From Kofleriaceae bacterium (GTDB lineage: Bacteria; Myxococcota_A; Polyangia; Haliangiales; Haliangiaceae), in NCBI GenBank assembly GCA_965215005.1, contig CBDCCZ010000014.1, forward strand, positions 96,001-160,000: a DNA stretch of 64,000 nt, in the 5' to 3' direction. Each line of letters starts with the position of its first letter. Positions within the stretch are counted from its first letter, which is position 1. The translations under genes and the position numbers were made by a program. Shown here piece after piece: positions 40,672-50,581 of the stretch. The notes beneath the pieces are model-generated. The model worked only from the letters and a program-made list of their open reading frames with translations. It did no database searches and was not told where the DNA came from.

Positions 40672-41846
40672 GCACACGCATCTTCGAACGTCTATTCCCC
40701 TCCCTCGGCCACGACGGCTTCATCCGCAGCGCGTATCCGACCCGGCCGGTCATCGAGCACGCGCCGCCAAGCCGCTTGGGACCACTCTGGGACGACCCGC
40801 GCTTCGATGATCCCGCGGCGCTTATCGAGACGGCGCCGCCCTACCCGCGACCGGTCGCGTACGTCCGCGGTCCCGAGGGCGGTCCTACTCGACAGATCCG
40901 TACGGATCCGGTCACCGCCGCAGCGCTGTATCGCCGCGGCGCCACCGTAGCCCTCGACGACGGCCAACCGATAGCGGCCGAGATCGGTGCCTGGAACCGT
41001 CGTATGACGCGAGAGCTGGGTCTGGGACGGCGCGAATCTCCGGTGGCGCTGGTAGCCTCGCCCGCCGGCGAAGGCGTACCTACCCACTTCGATGGACTCG
41101 AGGTCATCGTGATCCAGCTCCGCGGGCGCAAACGGTGGCGGCTGGCCGCGAACGAAGTCCACGAGCACCCGACGTTCCGATTTCTCCCGGGCGAAGGGGG
41201 CCGCCCGGCCCGCGACCGCAACGTGCAAGCACAAGCCTTCGCGGACGAGCTGCAGGTGCCGGACATGGAGGATGCGCAGACCACTGTCCTCGAGCCCGGT
41301 TCGGCGCTGTTCTTGCCCAGGGGTTGGTGGCACACGACCGAGTGCTTGGAGCCGAGCATCTCGCTCACCTTCCGCCTCGCGGCCATGACCGGATTCCGCG
41401 CGGTCGCGGATGCCATCGCCAGTGAGCTCGCAAATCATGCTGCGTGGCGCTGCCCCCTCGCCGCGCCGATCGGCGAGCTCGATGCTCCCACCGAGGAAGC
41501 CCTGACCGTCCTCGTCGAGCGCGCCCAAGCTGCGCTCCCGGGGCTACTTTCCCAGCTCGCGCTCCGCCGCGTCCTCACGGGCCCCCAGTACGCGCCCACG
41601 CGCGAGCAGCCCCTCCACTTCGATCACGACGCCTCTCGCATCGTCGTTGGCGCTTCCAGCGCCGACCCGCGCTGTCTCCCTGTTCCGGCCACGGTGGCAC
41701 CGATCGTGACGTGGCTGGCCGAGCGGCAAGCCCCCTTCGCCGAACGGGACGCGCTCGCCTGCGCTCCCGATGCCGATCTCCGCGACCTCGACCGCGCGCT
41801 GGCCTGGCTGTGCTCGGTCGGCTTCCTCGTGCGCCTAAACGCCTAA
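40668..41846 (+). CDS. JmjC/cupin Fe(II)/2OG oxygenase #3
   Basis: GVPTHFDGLEVIVIQLRGRKRW...LEPGSALFLPRGWWHTT; winged-helix-like C-terminus LAWLCSVGFL. Confidence 0.87.
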   Translation: MSTRIFERLFPSLGHDGFIRSAYPTRPVIEHAPPSRLGPLWDDPRFDDPAALIETAPPYPRPVAYVRGPEGGPTRQIRTDPVTAAALYRRGATVALDDGQPIAAEIGAWNRRMTRELGLGRRESPVALVASPAGEGVPTHFDGLEVIVIQLRGRKRWRLAANEVHEHPTFRFLPGEGGRPARDRNVQAQAFADELQVPDMEDAQTTVLEPGSALFLPRGWWHTTECLEPSISLTFRLAAMTGFRAVADAIASELANHAAWRCPLAAPIGELDAPTEEALTVLVERAQAALPGLLSQLALRRVLTGPQYAPTREQPLHFDHDASRIVVGASSADPRCLPVPATVAPIVTWLAERQAPFAERDALACAPDADLRDLDRALAWLCSVGFLVRLNA

Positions 41847-41864
41847 GCGGCAGCACCGCACAGC

Positions 41865-42497
41865 TTACGGAACGGCGCCGACGGCGACGCGGTCGAGCTC
41901 GTCTTGCTCGGCGCGCTCTTCATCGCTCTTGTACTTCTTGAGCCCGCGGAGGGTTAGCAGCAGCTCACTCTCCTCCGCGAAATCGGGCAAATCATCTTCG
42001 CTCCACACGGCGGTTTCCAGAGCCCGGGTCATGCATTGCTCGATGGCGCGGTCGTCGAGATCGCTCTTGAGCACCTCGATGTTGGTGGCGCGTGCTTGGC
42101 CGTTTTGGATGCGCAGGACGTATTTGAACTTGAGCCGCGCGTCGGGATCGAGGCCACCACGATAGCAGCTCGCCATGCCGCTCATGAGCCGGCGCGGAAT
42201 GTCTTGATCGACACGAGCGGCAAACGCGTCGCTGCTCGGCGCGAGCTTGTCGCCAGCTTCGCTGGCAGTGGGCTCTGCGGCGGCCGCGTCATCCGTGGCG
42301 TCACCGGTGACGATTATACGCCGCGAGTCCGGTGCGACGCTGGCAGTGGGCGTCGCGGCCGGCGTTGGCGTGGCGGCCATGACTGCCACCACCGGCGGCG
42401 CCAGCGGCTGGCGAATCTGCACTACGAGGAACGTGAGCGCGCCGCCAATGCCAGCCACGGCAGCGAGCCACTTCAGTGTCTTGGTGTGCTTTGACAT
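41865..42497 (-). CDS. Membrane-anchored protein with TonB-C/AgmX-PglI-like C-terminal domain
   Basis: N-terminal TM, Ala/Pro/Thr linker, SCY...KSDLDDRAIEQCMTRAL pattern. Confidence 0.6.
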   Translation of the reverse strand: MSKHTKTLKWLAAVAGIGGALTFLVVQIRQPLAPPVVAVMAATPTPAATPTASVAPDSRRIIVTGDATDDAAAAEPTASEAGDKLAPSSDAFAARVDQDIPRRLMSGMASCYRGGLDPDARLKFKYVLRIQNGQARATNIEVLKSDLDDRAIEQCMTRALETAVWSEDDLPDFAEESELLLTLRGLKKYKSDEERAEQDELDRVAVGAVP

Positions 42498-42537
42498 CAC
42501 GTTGTTTCCTGGTGCCTCGCAAGCGAGATGCGGGCTG

Positions 42538-42572
42538 AAAAAAAAGAGCCCGGAGCGGGCGCTCCGGGCTCT
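42538..42572 (-). terminator. Rho-independent terminator
   Basis: AGAGCCCGGAGC/GCTCCGGGCTCT stem followed on the minus strand by T8, downstream of 42610-43515. Confidence 0.85.
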
Positions 42573-42609
42573 GGTTCAGCAGACGGCCGCAGCCGTCCCT
42601 GTCAGGCTA

Positions 42610-43515
42610 CTAGCGCTCGATCTTCGAGGGTCCGCATTGACCTGCGTCTTGGCGGGCCTTGGTGAGATCGTAGAACCGCTGCAGCGCCTGCATCGCATTG
42701 CCGTTGTCCACGTTGAACCGCGGATGCGTCTGGAAGGGCTCCTGCCCCAGTCCGACCTGCTCGAGAAGCGGCCGGTTGATCATGACTGCACCAGCTTGAT
42801 CAATGGTGAAGTATGCATCGAGGAGCGAGGAGTCTTTCGTCAGGTTGATGAAGGTCAGCTCATTGTTGTCATTAGCCAGAAATCCTTCACCGGCGAGGTT
42901 GTGGCATTGCTCGCAGTCGCCCTGATTGGTGCCCTTGTTGGCCCACTCACCGCCGACGTTCTCGGCTTGGAAGTCAGCCAGCTCCATACAACCGCTCCAA
43001 GCCGCGAGCGGACCGACTGTGGTCGCTCCACCAGCCGCCACAGCATCTTTCTCCGCGGTGAGCCAGCTCTGGATCCCAGTGACAACTTCAGGAGTGAAGG
43101 TGACACCGTAGTGACCGCCTTGGCCATTGATCAAGAGCTTAGCGGTCGCCGGGTCGTAGTTGACGAACAGGGTGTCGCTATAGAGCTTGATGCTAGCGGC
43201 CGTGAACGCTGCAGGATCCGCGGGTACGAAGGTCGGGGCTTGCGCCGCGTGGCAAGCAGGACCACCGCAGGTGGTGGCGATGGGCTGCGCGACGGCCGCA
43301 AACAGTGCATCGGGGCCCGCTCCCGGAGTCGCCGTCCCGTCATCGGCAGCAGGGTCGCCACCGTTCGGGGTCGTGGGAGTCCCGTTGTTGGGGTCGACCG
43401 GCGTGCCGCCGCTCATCCCATCGTCGGGGGTTACGGGGTCGAGCTCCCCGATGCAACCAGTTGCCGCAAGGGCCAGGGACCCGCAAGCAACAAGGAGTGT
43501 ACTTAGACGTTTCAT
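42610..43515 (-). CDS. Lipoprotein with putative c-type heme motifs
   Basis: Lipobox ATGC; CGGPACH and CEQCH; RBS AAAGGAG. Confidence 0.7.
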   Translation of the reverse strand: MKRLSTLLVACGSLALAATGCIGELDPVTPDDGMSGGTPVDPNNGTPTTPNGGDPAADDGTATPGAGPDALFAAVAQPIATTCGGPACHAAQAPTFVPADPAAFTAASIKLYSDTLFVNYDPATAKLLINGQGGHYGVTFTPEVVTGIQSWLTAEKDAVAAGGATTVGPLAAWSGCMELADFQAENVGGEWANKGTNQGDCEQCHNLAGEGFLANDNNELTFINLTKDSSLLDAYFTIDQAGAVMINRPLLEQVGLGQEPFQTHPRFNVDNGNAMQALQRFYDLTKARQDAGQCGPSKIER

Positions 43516-43539
43516 GGTAGTCCCTGTCTCCTTTCCGGC

Positions 43540-45444
43540 TTAGGCGTTGCGGCGACGGCGGATGGCGAAGGCCAGGCCGAGGAACATTAGAGCGAAGCTG
43601 CCACCCAAGGAACCAGCGCCACCAGCCGAGCAACCACCAACCGGCTGCGCAGCCCCACCGTTGCTGGGCGAGGTCGGGTCGCTGTTACCACCCGAGGGGG
43701 TGCCGGGGGTGCTGGGGGTGCCGGTGCCCTCAGGATCCGCACCACCACCTTGAGGAGCGGGGGTTTGCGGCGCCGCAGGAGCCTTCACCGAGGACCAAAT
43801 CTCCGCTACCGCGTCGAGCTTGATAGCCGGGTCCATGCTGCTCACCTTGCCGGTGTAGGTGCACATGTTGAAGACCGGGATGCCCTGCGTCGGGCCGGGC
43901 TGGTCCACGAACGGATTCACGATGGTGCCGCACTTGGAGTAGTTACGACCCTGGTTGTTGGGATTGCCACCGAGGAGGTTCGAGTACAGCTGGTTGTCGT
44001 AGCTTGCCTGAAGCTCTTGGACGCCGGCGTAGGTCGGGGTCTGGCCAGCGAGGCTGATGTTGAGCACGTGTGAGCCGCGGGTCGCGTTGGCGTTGAAGCT
44101 ACCAGCCTGAAGGCTGAGCACCGGCTCGAGGTTTCCGGCCTCGCCCTGGAACGACTGGAAGAGGGTGGCGTGCGTCATCTCGACCTTGGACTGAATGACC
44201 ATGTCGGTGATGTCCCAGCGGCCAACTTCGTTGAGCGAATCGGCGGCGGGTTGGAACAGCGCAAGATAGACTTTACCGTCGCGACCGCCCTTGCGGTTGG
44301 CGTCTTTGCCCTTGCCAGCGTTGTTACCGCGGTGCATTTGGAACTCGGCCCAAATGCGGCCGGTCTTGGCGCCGGAGATGTCGGTCTCGGCGAGGGTCTT
44401 GATACGCATCGCATAGTAGCGCTGACCGTCGATTTCCTCGCGATGCGCCACGCGCTCACGCCAGAGAAGGTCACCGCTCTCGTGATTGACTGCGGCGGCC
44501 CAGACGCCTTCGCGCTGCGGCTGATTGTTGCCTTCCGTGCCGAAGCAGAAGTCGGTGTCGGCAGAACCGTCGGCGTTGGTGTCGAGCATGTGACACTTAC
44601 CGCGGCTACGCTCTTCTTCTTTGATGACGCTGGTGTCACCGATCTTGGTGACTTCGCAGGAATTGGTGCCCGCTTCGCAAGAGACTGCGATGTGGTTACG
44701 CCAGCCGTCGTCGCGGCCGTTGCCGTTGCAGAGCTCGAGGCACGAGAACTCGACCGAGCCGTCGGCATTGTATTGAACGTCGCACGCCTCACCCGACTGA
44801 CCGCCGGAGCAGTTGTCGTTGTTCTTGGCCATGATGAGTGCGGCCTTGTCCTCCGTCACCTCGGTGTTCGAGGTGAGGTCCATCAGCTCGCAGCTCGAGT
44901 TGACGACTTGCAAGTAGCGCTCGGTGTTGTTGCGGTTTTCTTTCTGCCAGTTGGCCATGACCGCGAAGCGATCGCCGCCAAGGGCATACACCGAAGGAAA
45001 GTTGAAGGCGCGAGCCTCGCGGGCGCGGCGCTGGGTGAGGTAATGCTTGTTCGCCTGATCGACCGACAGGGTCACGCCAGCCGCCGAGTCGGGATCTTGA
45101 ACGAGCTCGACGGGATGGCAGGCGCCCTGCCAAGCTTCGCGCTCCACCTGCTCACCAGTGAACGGACCGGCGGCGCCGTCGAGACGGCCCGTCGACATGA
45201 GGGCGACCACGCCCTTGGCCGGATTGCCCGGATCGAAGGCGTAGGACGCCATCTCCTGGGTGCCGTACTCTTCGCTCGCCCTCAAGCGAACGACACCGTC
45301 GCGCTCGCGGACCGGCGCTTTATCTTCCGGATCCGCCGCCTGAATCATGACTGATTTCGATTGCGCGAATGCGGTGCTTGCGGGGATGAGCATTGCGCCT
45401 GCCCCCATCATTCCCAAAGTGATGCCCAGTTTTGGCCATTGCAT
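43540..45444 (-). CDS. Secreted Cys-rich protein with MYXO-CTERM sorting signal
   Basis: Signal peptide (AFA-Q), Pro/Gly/Thr linker, C-terminal GGCSAGG...FALMFLGLAFAIRRRR. Confidence 0.82.
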   Translation of the reverse strand: MQWPKLGITLGMMGAGAMLIPASTAFAQSKSVMIQAADPEDKAPVRERDGVVRLRASEEYGTQEMASYAFDPGNPAKGVVALMSTGRLDGAAGPFTGEQVEREAWQGACHPVELVQDPDSAAGVTLSVDQANKHYLTQRRAREARAFNFPSVYALGGDRFAVMANWQKENRNNTERYLQVVNSSCELMDLTSNTEVTEDKAALIMAKNNDNCSGGQSGEACDVQYNADGSVEFSCLELCNGNGRDDGWRNHIAVSCEAGTNSCEVTKIGDTSVIKEEERSRGKCHMLDTNADGSADTDFCFGTEGNNQPQREGVWAAAVNHESGDLLWRERVAHREEIDGQRYYAMRIKTLAETDISGAKTGRIWAEFQMHRGNNAGKGKDANRKGGRDGKVYLALFQPAADSLNEVGRWDITDMVIQSKVEMTHATLFQSFQGEAGNLEPVLSLQAGSFNANATRGSHVLNISLAGQTPTYAGVQELQASYDNQLYSNLLGGNPNNQGRNYSKCGTIVNPFVDQPGPTQGIPVFNMCTYTGKVSSMDPAIKLDAVAEIWSSVKAPAAPQTPAPQGGGADPEGTGTPSTPGTPSGGNSDPTSPSNGGAAQPVGGCSAGGAGSLGGSFALMFLGLAFAIRRRRNA

Positions 45445-45508
45445 GATCTCGAATGCCTCCTAAAGAAACCCGGCTTGGATACGTTGACGCGTTGACGAGG
45501 GACACTTG

Positions 45509-45553
45509 TGCAACGAGAAGGCCAACCGCTTTACTAGTCAAATCAACGACTTG
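45509..45553 (-). promoter_or_regulatory. Putative sigma54 promoter with upstream IHF site
   Basis: Minus strand TGGCCT-TCTCG-TTGCA (45524-45509); AATCAACGACTTG at 45541-45553 fits the IHF consensus WATCAAN4TTR. Confidence 0.65.
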
Positions 45554-45797
45554 CATACTCAGGCTTTGGGGGGAGGGGTCCCACCGGCGGGGGCCCCGCT
45601 CCCGCAATCGGCACCGCCAATCGCGGCGCTTGAGCAGCGCGAGCCACGCCCAGCGGCGCGCGTTGCCCTCCGGGGGAAGGCGCACCGCTGCCCGAGAGCC
45701 CAGACACCCCCGCGGAGCATCCCGTCCCAGTCCCGGCGGAAGCTCGGGACGACATTGCATCGAAGCCAGCAGGCGCCGACGCGAACGCCGAAACGCC

Positions 45798-45832
45798 AAA
45801 GGCCCCACTCGCGACTGCGAAGTGGGGCCTTT
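45798..45832 (-). terminator. Putative terminator hairpin
   Basis: AAAGGCCCCACT...AGTGGGGCCTTT downstream of the 45866 stop. Confidence 0.65.
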
Positions 45833-45865
45833 GCGAACCTGCGGCCTGAGGCCGCAGCGCAAGAA

Positions 45866-46465
45866 TTAGTATGCGTCGTAGGTATAGACGGAGTACGTGC
45901 CGGTGCCGGTTAGTGCATTGCTCCCCTTGGCGAGCAGTGGCTTGAACGAGATGACATGGTTGTTATCGAGGAAGTGTGTTAACTCGCCATGGCAGGTTCC
46001 GGTTGCCTCGGTGCTGATCGCAAAGTTAATGCGCTGCACCTCGGGATCCGCCACGTACGTGATCGTGCGCTGGAAGTCCTCATCTTGCGTCACCTCATAC
46101 ACCCACTCCTCGGCGATTTCCGGTTGCGGGTCGCAACCGACAAAGGCGGTCTGGTAGGTCACTCGCCAGGTGCCGGCGGGCCAACACCCCTCGTAGTCAG
46201 CCGGCGGCGCCGCCGCTGGCTCGAAGGTGCCATTGATCGTGAACGTCGTCTCGCAGGCGATGCCGAGCAGATCGAGACGCTCATCCACCTCCGGATCCGG
46301 TGACGCAATACGCGCAAACCCGTCGACCACGGGAGCGGGATCGTCATCGCCCGACCCGCCTCCGGGGCCAGGATCATTGACGGAATCGAGGGCGCAGCCA
46401 GCAAGGCTGCTCACGAGCACCAGGCTCAGACCAAAGTGCAACGAACGTGGATGCCGACTGTGCAT
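45866..46465 (-). CDS. Hypothetical lipoprotein
   Basis: Lipobox LAGC; start MHSRHPR just downstream of a sigma54 motif. Confidence 0.7.
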   Translation of the reverse strand: MHSRHPRSLHFGLSLVLVSSLAGCALDSVNDPGPGGGSGDDDPAPVVDGFARIASPDPEVDERLDLLGIACETTFTINGTFEPAAAPPADYEGCWPAGTWRVTYQTAFVGCDPQPEIAEEWVYEVTQDEDFQRTITYVADPEVQRINFAISTEATGTCHGELTHFLDNNHVISFKPLLAKGSNALTGTGTYSVYTYDAY

Positions 46466-46478
46466 GCGGTAAGAGTTA

Positions 46479-46494
46479 AGCAGCTGCCGTGCCA
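46479..46494 (-). promoter_or_regulatory. Putative sigma54 promoter
   Basis: Minus strand TGGCAC-GGCAG-CTGCT. Confidence 0.6.
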
Positions 46495-46645
46495 CGGCCA
46501 ACGTAGCGAGATTCGTTTTCTGCATTCGCCCTGCCCTGGGGCCTCGTCCATCCAGCCGGCGAGTGTGCTTCCCGCTTCGCGGCCCTGCCGAGCGCGTGCG
46601 ACGGCCGCGGGGACCGTGGAACGTGAGCTGCATTGGCTGCGGCGC

Positions 46646-47780
46646 ATGCGCTTCAGCTACGCCGGCATCCTCATAACCGCCTTATTGAGCGTCGTGGCTT
46701 GCCACGACGAACCAGCTTCCAAAGCCGACTCCCCCCCAGAGGCGAGCACGGCTCCCAAAGCCATTCCAGTACCCAAAGCGGTGCCCATCGATCGCGATGG
46801 CCAGCCCCTGACCGCCACCGGCGAAGGCCACTCCGGCCAGCATCGCAAAGGCGAGCACGAGCAGGACGAGGGCGAGTGGATTCCGGGCGAGTACAAGACC
46901 GGTGTCAGCCGATTCAAAGATGCCATCGTCTACGTCGACGGCGCACCGAAGGGCATGTTGTCGTTCGGCGAGCTGCCCTTGCCCATCAAGGTCGCCTGGC
47001 ACGACGAAGAGTCGGCCATCGCGTTCGGCCCCGACCATCCGGGACCGCACTTCAAGATCACCAAGCAGCGCCGCTATCGCGTTGCCGACTACATGAAAGC
47101 AATCGGCGTTAATCCCGCTAAAATCAAGGCAATCCACATCTACGGCGGCGGCAAGCGTCGTCTCGCTGCGGCAGTCATCACCGGGCGCGAGCTGGCAAAG
47201 CACAAAGACTTTGCCTTTCGCTTTGGCAACGACATCGGCGGCAAGCCGATTCCCGTGTGCCCGGAATCGGGCTGGCACTGCCCCGACAACATCACCGCGA
47301 TAGCGGTTTACGTCACCAAAGCACCGCCCGTACAGAAAGATGGCATCAACTACTTGAATGGTGAGCCGGGTTAAAGACCTCCCCTACGTCGAAGAGCCCA
47401 TGCGCGGCGGCATCCGCATTCACCTCGACAACACCTACGCCACTCGCATCAAGCGCAACGAGCTCGTCGAATCGGGTGAAGCCTTCAAGGCCGCCTCTGA
47501 AGATGGCCAAGAAACCTGGAGCTTCTTTGGCTTCTTGAAGGCGCAAGGCATCGATACCGACAAGGTCGAAGAGGCATGGATCATTCACGATGAGCGTCGC
47601 GTGCAGCGGCTGTCGCGAGGTGAGCTGGTGACCGCGACGTTCATGGCCAACCCACAAAACAAAGGCGAGATCCTGTTTGGCTACGACAAAACGCCTACGC
47701 ACGCCATCGCGCTGCACACCAAGCCGCTGCAGCCGGAAGATCTCCCCGTCATCATGCCCAACGAGCGCTTCGACTTCTAA
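46646..47780 (+). CDS. Hypothetical lipoprotein with two related domains (apparent frameshift near 47368)
   Basis: Lipobox VVAC; ORFs 46646-47374 and 47358-47780 join as NGEP-VKDLPY if one G is removed. Confidence 0.65.
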
Positions 47781-47793
47781 GGAGCCAGCGGTC

Positions 47794-48417
47794 ATGCGCT
47801 CACTTTCACTACTTGCAGTTGCTCTCGCGCTCGTCGGCTGCAGCAGCACCGAAGAGCCCTTGGCTGTCGAGCCCGATGCTGGAGCGACGGCCCCCACTTC
47901 TGCCGACGCCGCAGTGCCGCGCACCTGTCTCATCAGCGACAGCTACGGCGATCTCGGCTCGCAATCCGGCACGGTCGCCATTCGGCCTGCCGAGGAGGAC
48001 ATGCCCGAGGGACCGCGCGTCGTTGTTCTCGAGGTGCCGCTCGATCAAGCGGCGGCCCCCGATGTTCTCGTCGTCGAGCTCTGGGAAGGCTCGATCGGCT
48101 TCACCGATGGCATCGAGCCTGGGTCCTTCCAGCTCGCCGGCACCAACAGCGACCTCATCAACTGCGGCGCCTGCGTCTATATCGCCGCCGACCGCGTCGC
48201 CGGTGAGGTCCCAGTCCGTCACGTCGCCAGCGCCGGCACCCTCACCCTCGACGAGGTCGACCTCCGTCCCGGCGGTCGAATCGTCGGTCGCTTGACCGAC
48301 GTGACCCTGCGCGAGGTCGAGCTCAAGCAGGGGGGGCAAGGCGAGGTCGAAAACGGCTGCACGAGCAGCGTCAGCAATGTAGCGCTGAGCTTCACGGTCG
48401 CTGCAGCGGCGCCGTGA
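47794..48417 (+). CDS. Hypothetical lipoprotein
   Basis: AAGGAG RBS, lipobox LVGC, internal CGAC. Confidence 0.72.
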   Translation: MRSLSLLAVALALVGCSSTEEPLAVEPDAGATAPTSADAAVPRTCLISDSYGDLGSQSGTVAIRPAEEDMPEGPRVVVLEVPLDQAAAPDVLVVELWEGSIGFTDGIEPGSFQLAGTNSDLINCGACVYIAADRVAGEVPVRHVASAGTLTLDEVDLRPGGRIVGRLTDVTLREVELKQGGQGEVENGCTSSVSNVALSFTVAAAAP

Positions 48418-48479
48418 GCGCCCTTAGGCCCTCGTCTCGCCCCGTATCGCCACTCTAGCGACCTCGCTACACTGCCGCC

Positions 48480-49745
48480 ATGCCGTCCACCGCCCCCACG
48501 CCAGCTCCTCGTCCGCGACTCCGCCCAGTGGCGCGCGTCGTGTATCTGCTGGTGTTGGCGATTGGGGTGTTCTTCTTACCCGATTGGTGGATGGTGGGCG
48601 GCGTGCTCGGCGCGCAGCTCGTGCTGTGGTACGTCGTGGGCCTGCAGACGAGTGCGCTCTTGCGGCAGGTGCGCAAGCTGGTGCTGTTCTTGAGCTTCAT
48701 CTTCGTTGCGTACGCGCTCGTGAGCTACGAGCCGGCGGCCGACGTGTGGCATCGGGTGTCGGTGTTCGGGTGGTTTTCGCTGCGCTGGAATGAAACGGGA
48801 GCCCTTGCCGGCTTCACGATGGTTCTGCGGATACTCACGATCGTGCTGGCGTCGCAGCTCGTGCGCGCCGGCGACTCGCGCGCGATCGCCGCCGGTCTCG
48901 GCGCGCTCGGCGTTCCCACCACCGCCGCGCTATCGATTGACTTGGTGTTGGTGTTGCTCGGCGATCGCGGCAAGCGCGGCGGTGGCGGTGGCGGTGGCGG
49001 TGGCGGTGGCGGTGGCGGTGGCGGTGGACGCGGACGTGGGGGCGGCCGAGGCGCGGCTTTTGGAGGGTTCTGGGCGAGTCTTGGCCGACTCGCGCGTGGC
49101 GACGTCTCGATCATCGCCGAGCGGCTGCACCGGCAAGTCGAGCGCGTCGAAGAACACATGGAAGAGATCGGCCACCGCGCGCCGCCTCACGTCGCCCGCG
49201 ACATCGCGGTCATTTCCGGCGTCGCGTTGACCATGCTCGGCATCAAGGTCCTCAAGCTCCTGCCGGGCCTTCCCTTCGCCCCCGGTCACAAGGGCGTCTT
49301 GCTGATACCGCTCTACATCGTCGCCGGTTGCATGACTCGTAGCCGCACTGGGGCCACCGCGACCGGCTTCGTCATGGGAACCGTTGCGTTCCTGTTGGGC
49401 GATGGCCGTTATGGCGTCTTCGAGATCGTTAAGCACGTCGCGCCAGGGGTGCTCGTCGATTTGCTGTTGCCGCTGATGCGTACTCGCACCGGAGCGCTCC
49501 GACGCGGTATCATTGCCTGGTCATTCTTTGGAATCGTTGCAGCACTGGGGAGGTTCGCGACGGTCACCGCCATTGCGTTGGCTGTTCAAGCCCCGGCCCT
49601 AGTGTTCGCGTTCTTGATCCCCGGACTCCTCGTTCACGCCGTATTCGGAGCCCTTTCAGGAATCGTCACCGCGCCGCTCGTGCGCGCGCTGGAGACGAGC
49701 GGGTCGCCGCGTGAGCGACCCGGCAGCAACAGAGAGGCAGCATGA
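48480..49745 (+). CDS. Membrane protein, apparent fusion of ECF T-component-like and S-component-like domains with poly-Gly linker
   Basis: N-half MVLRILTIVLAS...AIAAGLGALGVP (CbiQ/EcfT-like); Gly17; C-half PGHKGVL...GATATGFVMG...APGVLVDLL with about 6 TM helices. Confidence 0.65.
   Translation: MPSTAPTPAPRPRLRPVARVVYLLVLAIGVFFLPDWWMVGGVLGAQLVLWYVVGLQTSALLRQVRKLVLFLSFIFVAYALVSYEPAADVWHRVSVFGWFSLRWNETGALAGFTMVLRILTIVLASQLVRAGDSRAIAAGLGALGVPTTAALSIDLVLVLLGDRGKRGGGGGGGGGGGGGGGGGRGRGGGRGAAFGGFWASLGRLARGDVSIIAERLHRQVERVEEHMEEIGHRAPPHVARDIAVISGVALTMLGIKVLKLLPGLPFAPGHKGVLLIPLYIVAGCMTRSRTGATATGFVMGTVAFLLGDGRYGVFEIVKHVAPGVLVDLLLPLMRTRTGALRRGIIAWSFFGIVAALGRFATVTAIALAVQAPALVFAFLIPGLLVHAVFGALSGIVTAPLVRALETSGSPRERPGSNREAA
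48978..49025 (+). repeat. (GGCGGT)x8 coding microsatellite, poly-Gly linker
   Basis: Read directly; part of a run of 17 Gly codons. Confidence 0.9.
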
Positions 49746-50581
49746 GCTCAAAGCTGATGACCGGTGACGGTCGCACTCACATTCGCTCGAAACTGATGCA
49801 GGAATCGCTACAAAATCGCGGCGTCCTCGAAGGCGCCGACAGCGATCGCGACCTGCAAATCTTTCCCGACGTCGCGCTCGTGAGCATCGGCGGTCAGAGC
49901 ATCTTCGACCGCGGTCGCGACGCGATCTTGCCGCTCGTCGACGAGCTTGCCGAGCTCAAAACCCAGCACCGCATGGTGATCGCCGTGGGTGGCGGCACGC
50001 GGGTTCGTCACACCGCATCGATCGCCCTCGATCTGGGCCTGCCGGTCGGCGGCGTCGCCCAGCTCGTTGGTGCGATGGAAGAGCTCAATGCAGTGATGCT
50101 CAACGCGCTGTTGGCCAAGCACGGCTCGATGACCATGCAGCGCGATCACTTCTGGGAGCTGCCGCTCTACCTGGCGGCGGGCATGCTGCCCATCGCGATC
50201 TCCATTCCGCCATATCACCTGTGGGAGCCGCCGCCCAAACACGGCCACCTGCCCGCCCACGGCTCCGATTTCGGCCTGTTCCAGATGGCCGAGGTTTTGG
50301 CGATGAAACAGCTCATCTTCATCAAGGACGAAGACGGCCTGTACGATAAAGATCCCAAGAAGCACGACGACGCCAAACACATCCCGGAGATCACGCTCGA
50401 GGCACTGCTGGCCAATCCGCCAGCAGAGAACATTCTCGATGCGGAGCTTTTTCAAGCCTGGAAACACGCGCGCAACGTGCGCCGCGTGCAAATCATCAAT
50501 GGCCTCAAACGCGGGGAGCTCGCCAAAGCGCTGCGCGGAGAGAATAACGGCACCGTCATCGTCAAGGAGCGAAACGCGTGA
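49742..50581 (+). CDS. Molybdenum storage protein-like subunit 1 (amino-acid-kinase fold, MosA-like)
   Basis: HIRSKLMQESLQ, IGGQSIFDRGRDAILPLVDEL, LDLGLPVG, PPYHLWE, KDEDGLY, VQIINGL match the Azotobacter MoSto subunits as recalled. Confidence 0.8.
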   Translation: MSSKLMTGDGRTHIRSKLMQESLQNRGVLEGADSDRDLQIFPDVALVSIGGQSIFDRGRDAILPLVDELAELKTQHRMVIAVGGGTRVRHTASIALDLGLPVGGVAQLVGAMEELNAVMLNALLAKHGSMTMQRDHFWELPLYLAAGMLPIAISIPPYHLWEPPPKHGHLPAHGSDFGLFQMAEVLAMKQLIFIKDEDGLYDKDPKKHDDAKHIPEITLEALLANPPAENILDAELFQAWKHARNVRRVQIINGLKRGELAKALRGENNGTVIVKERNA

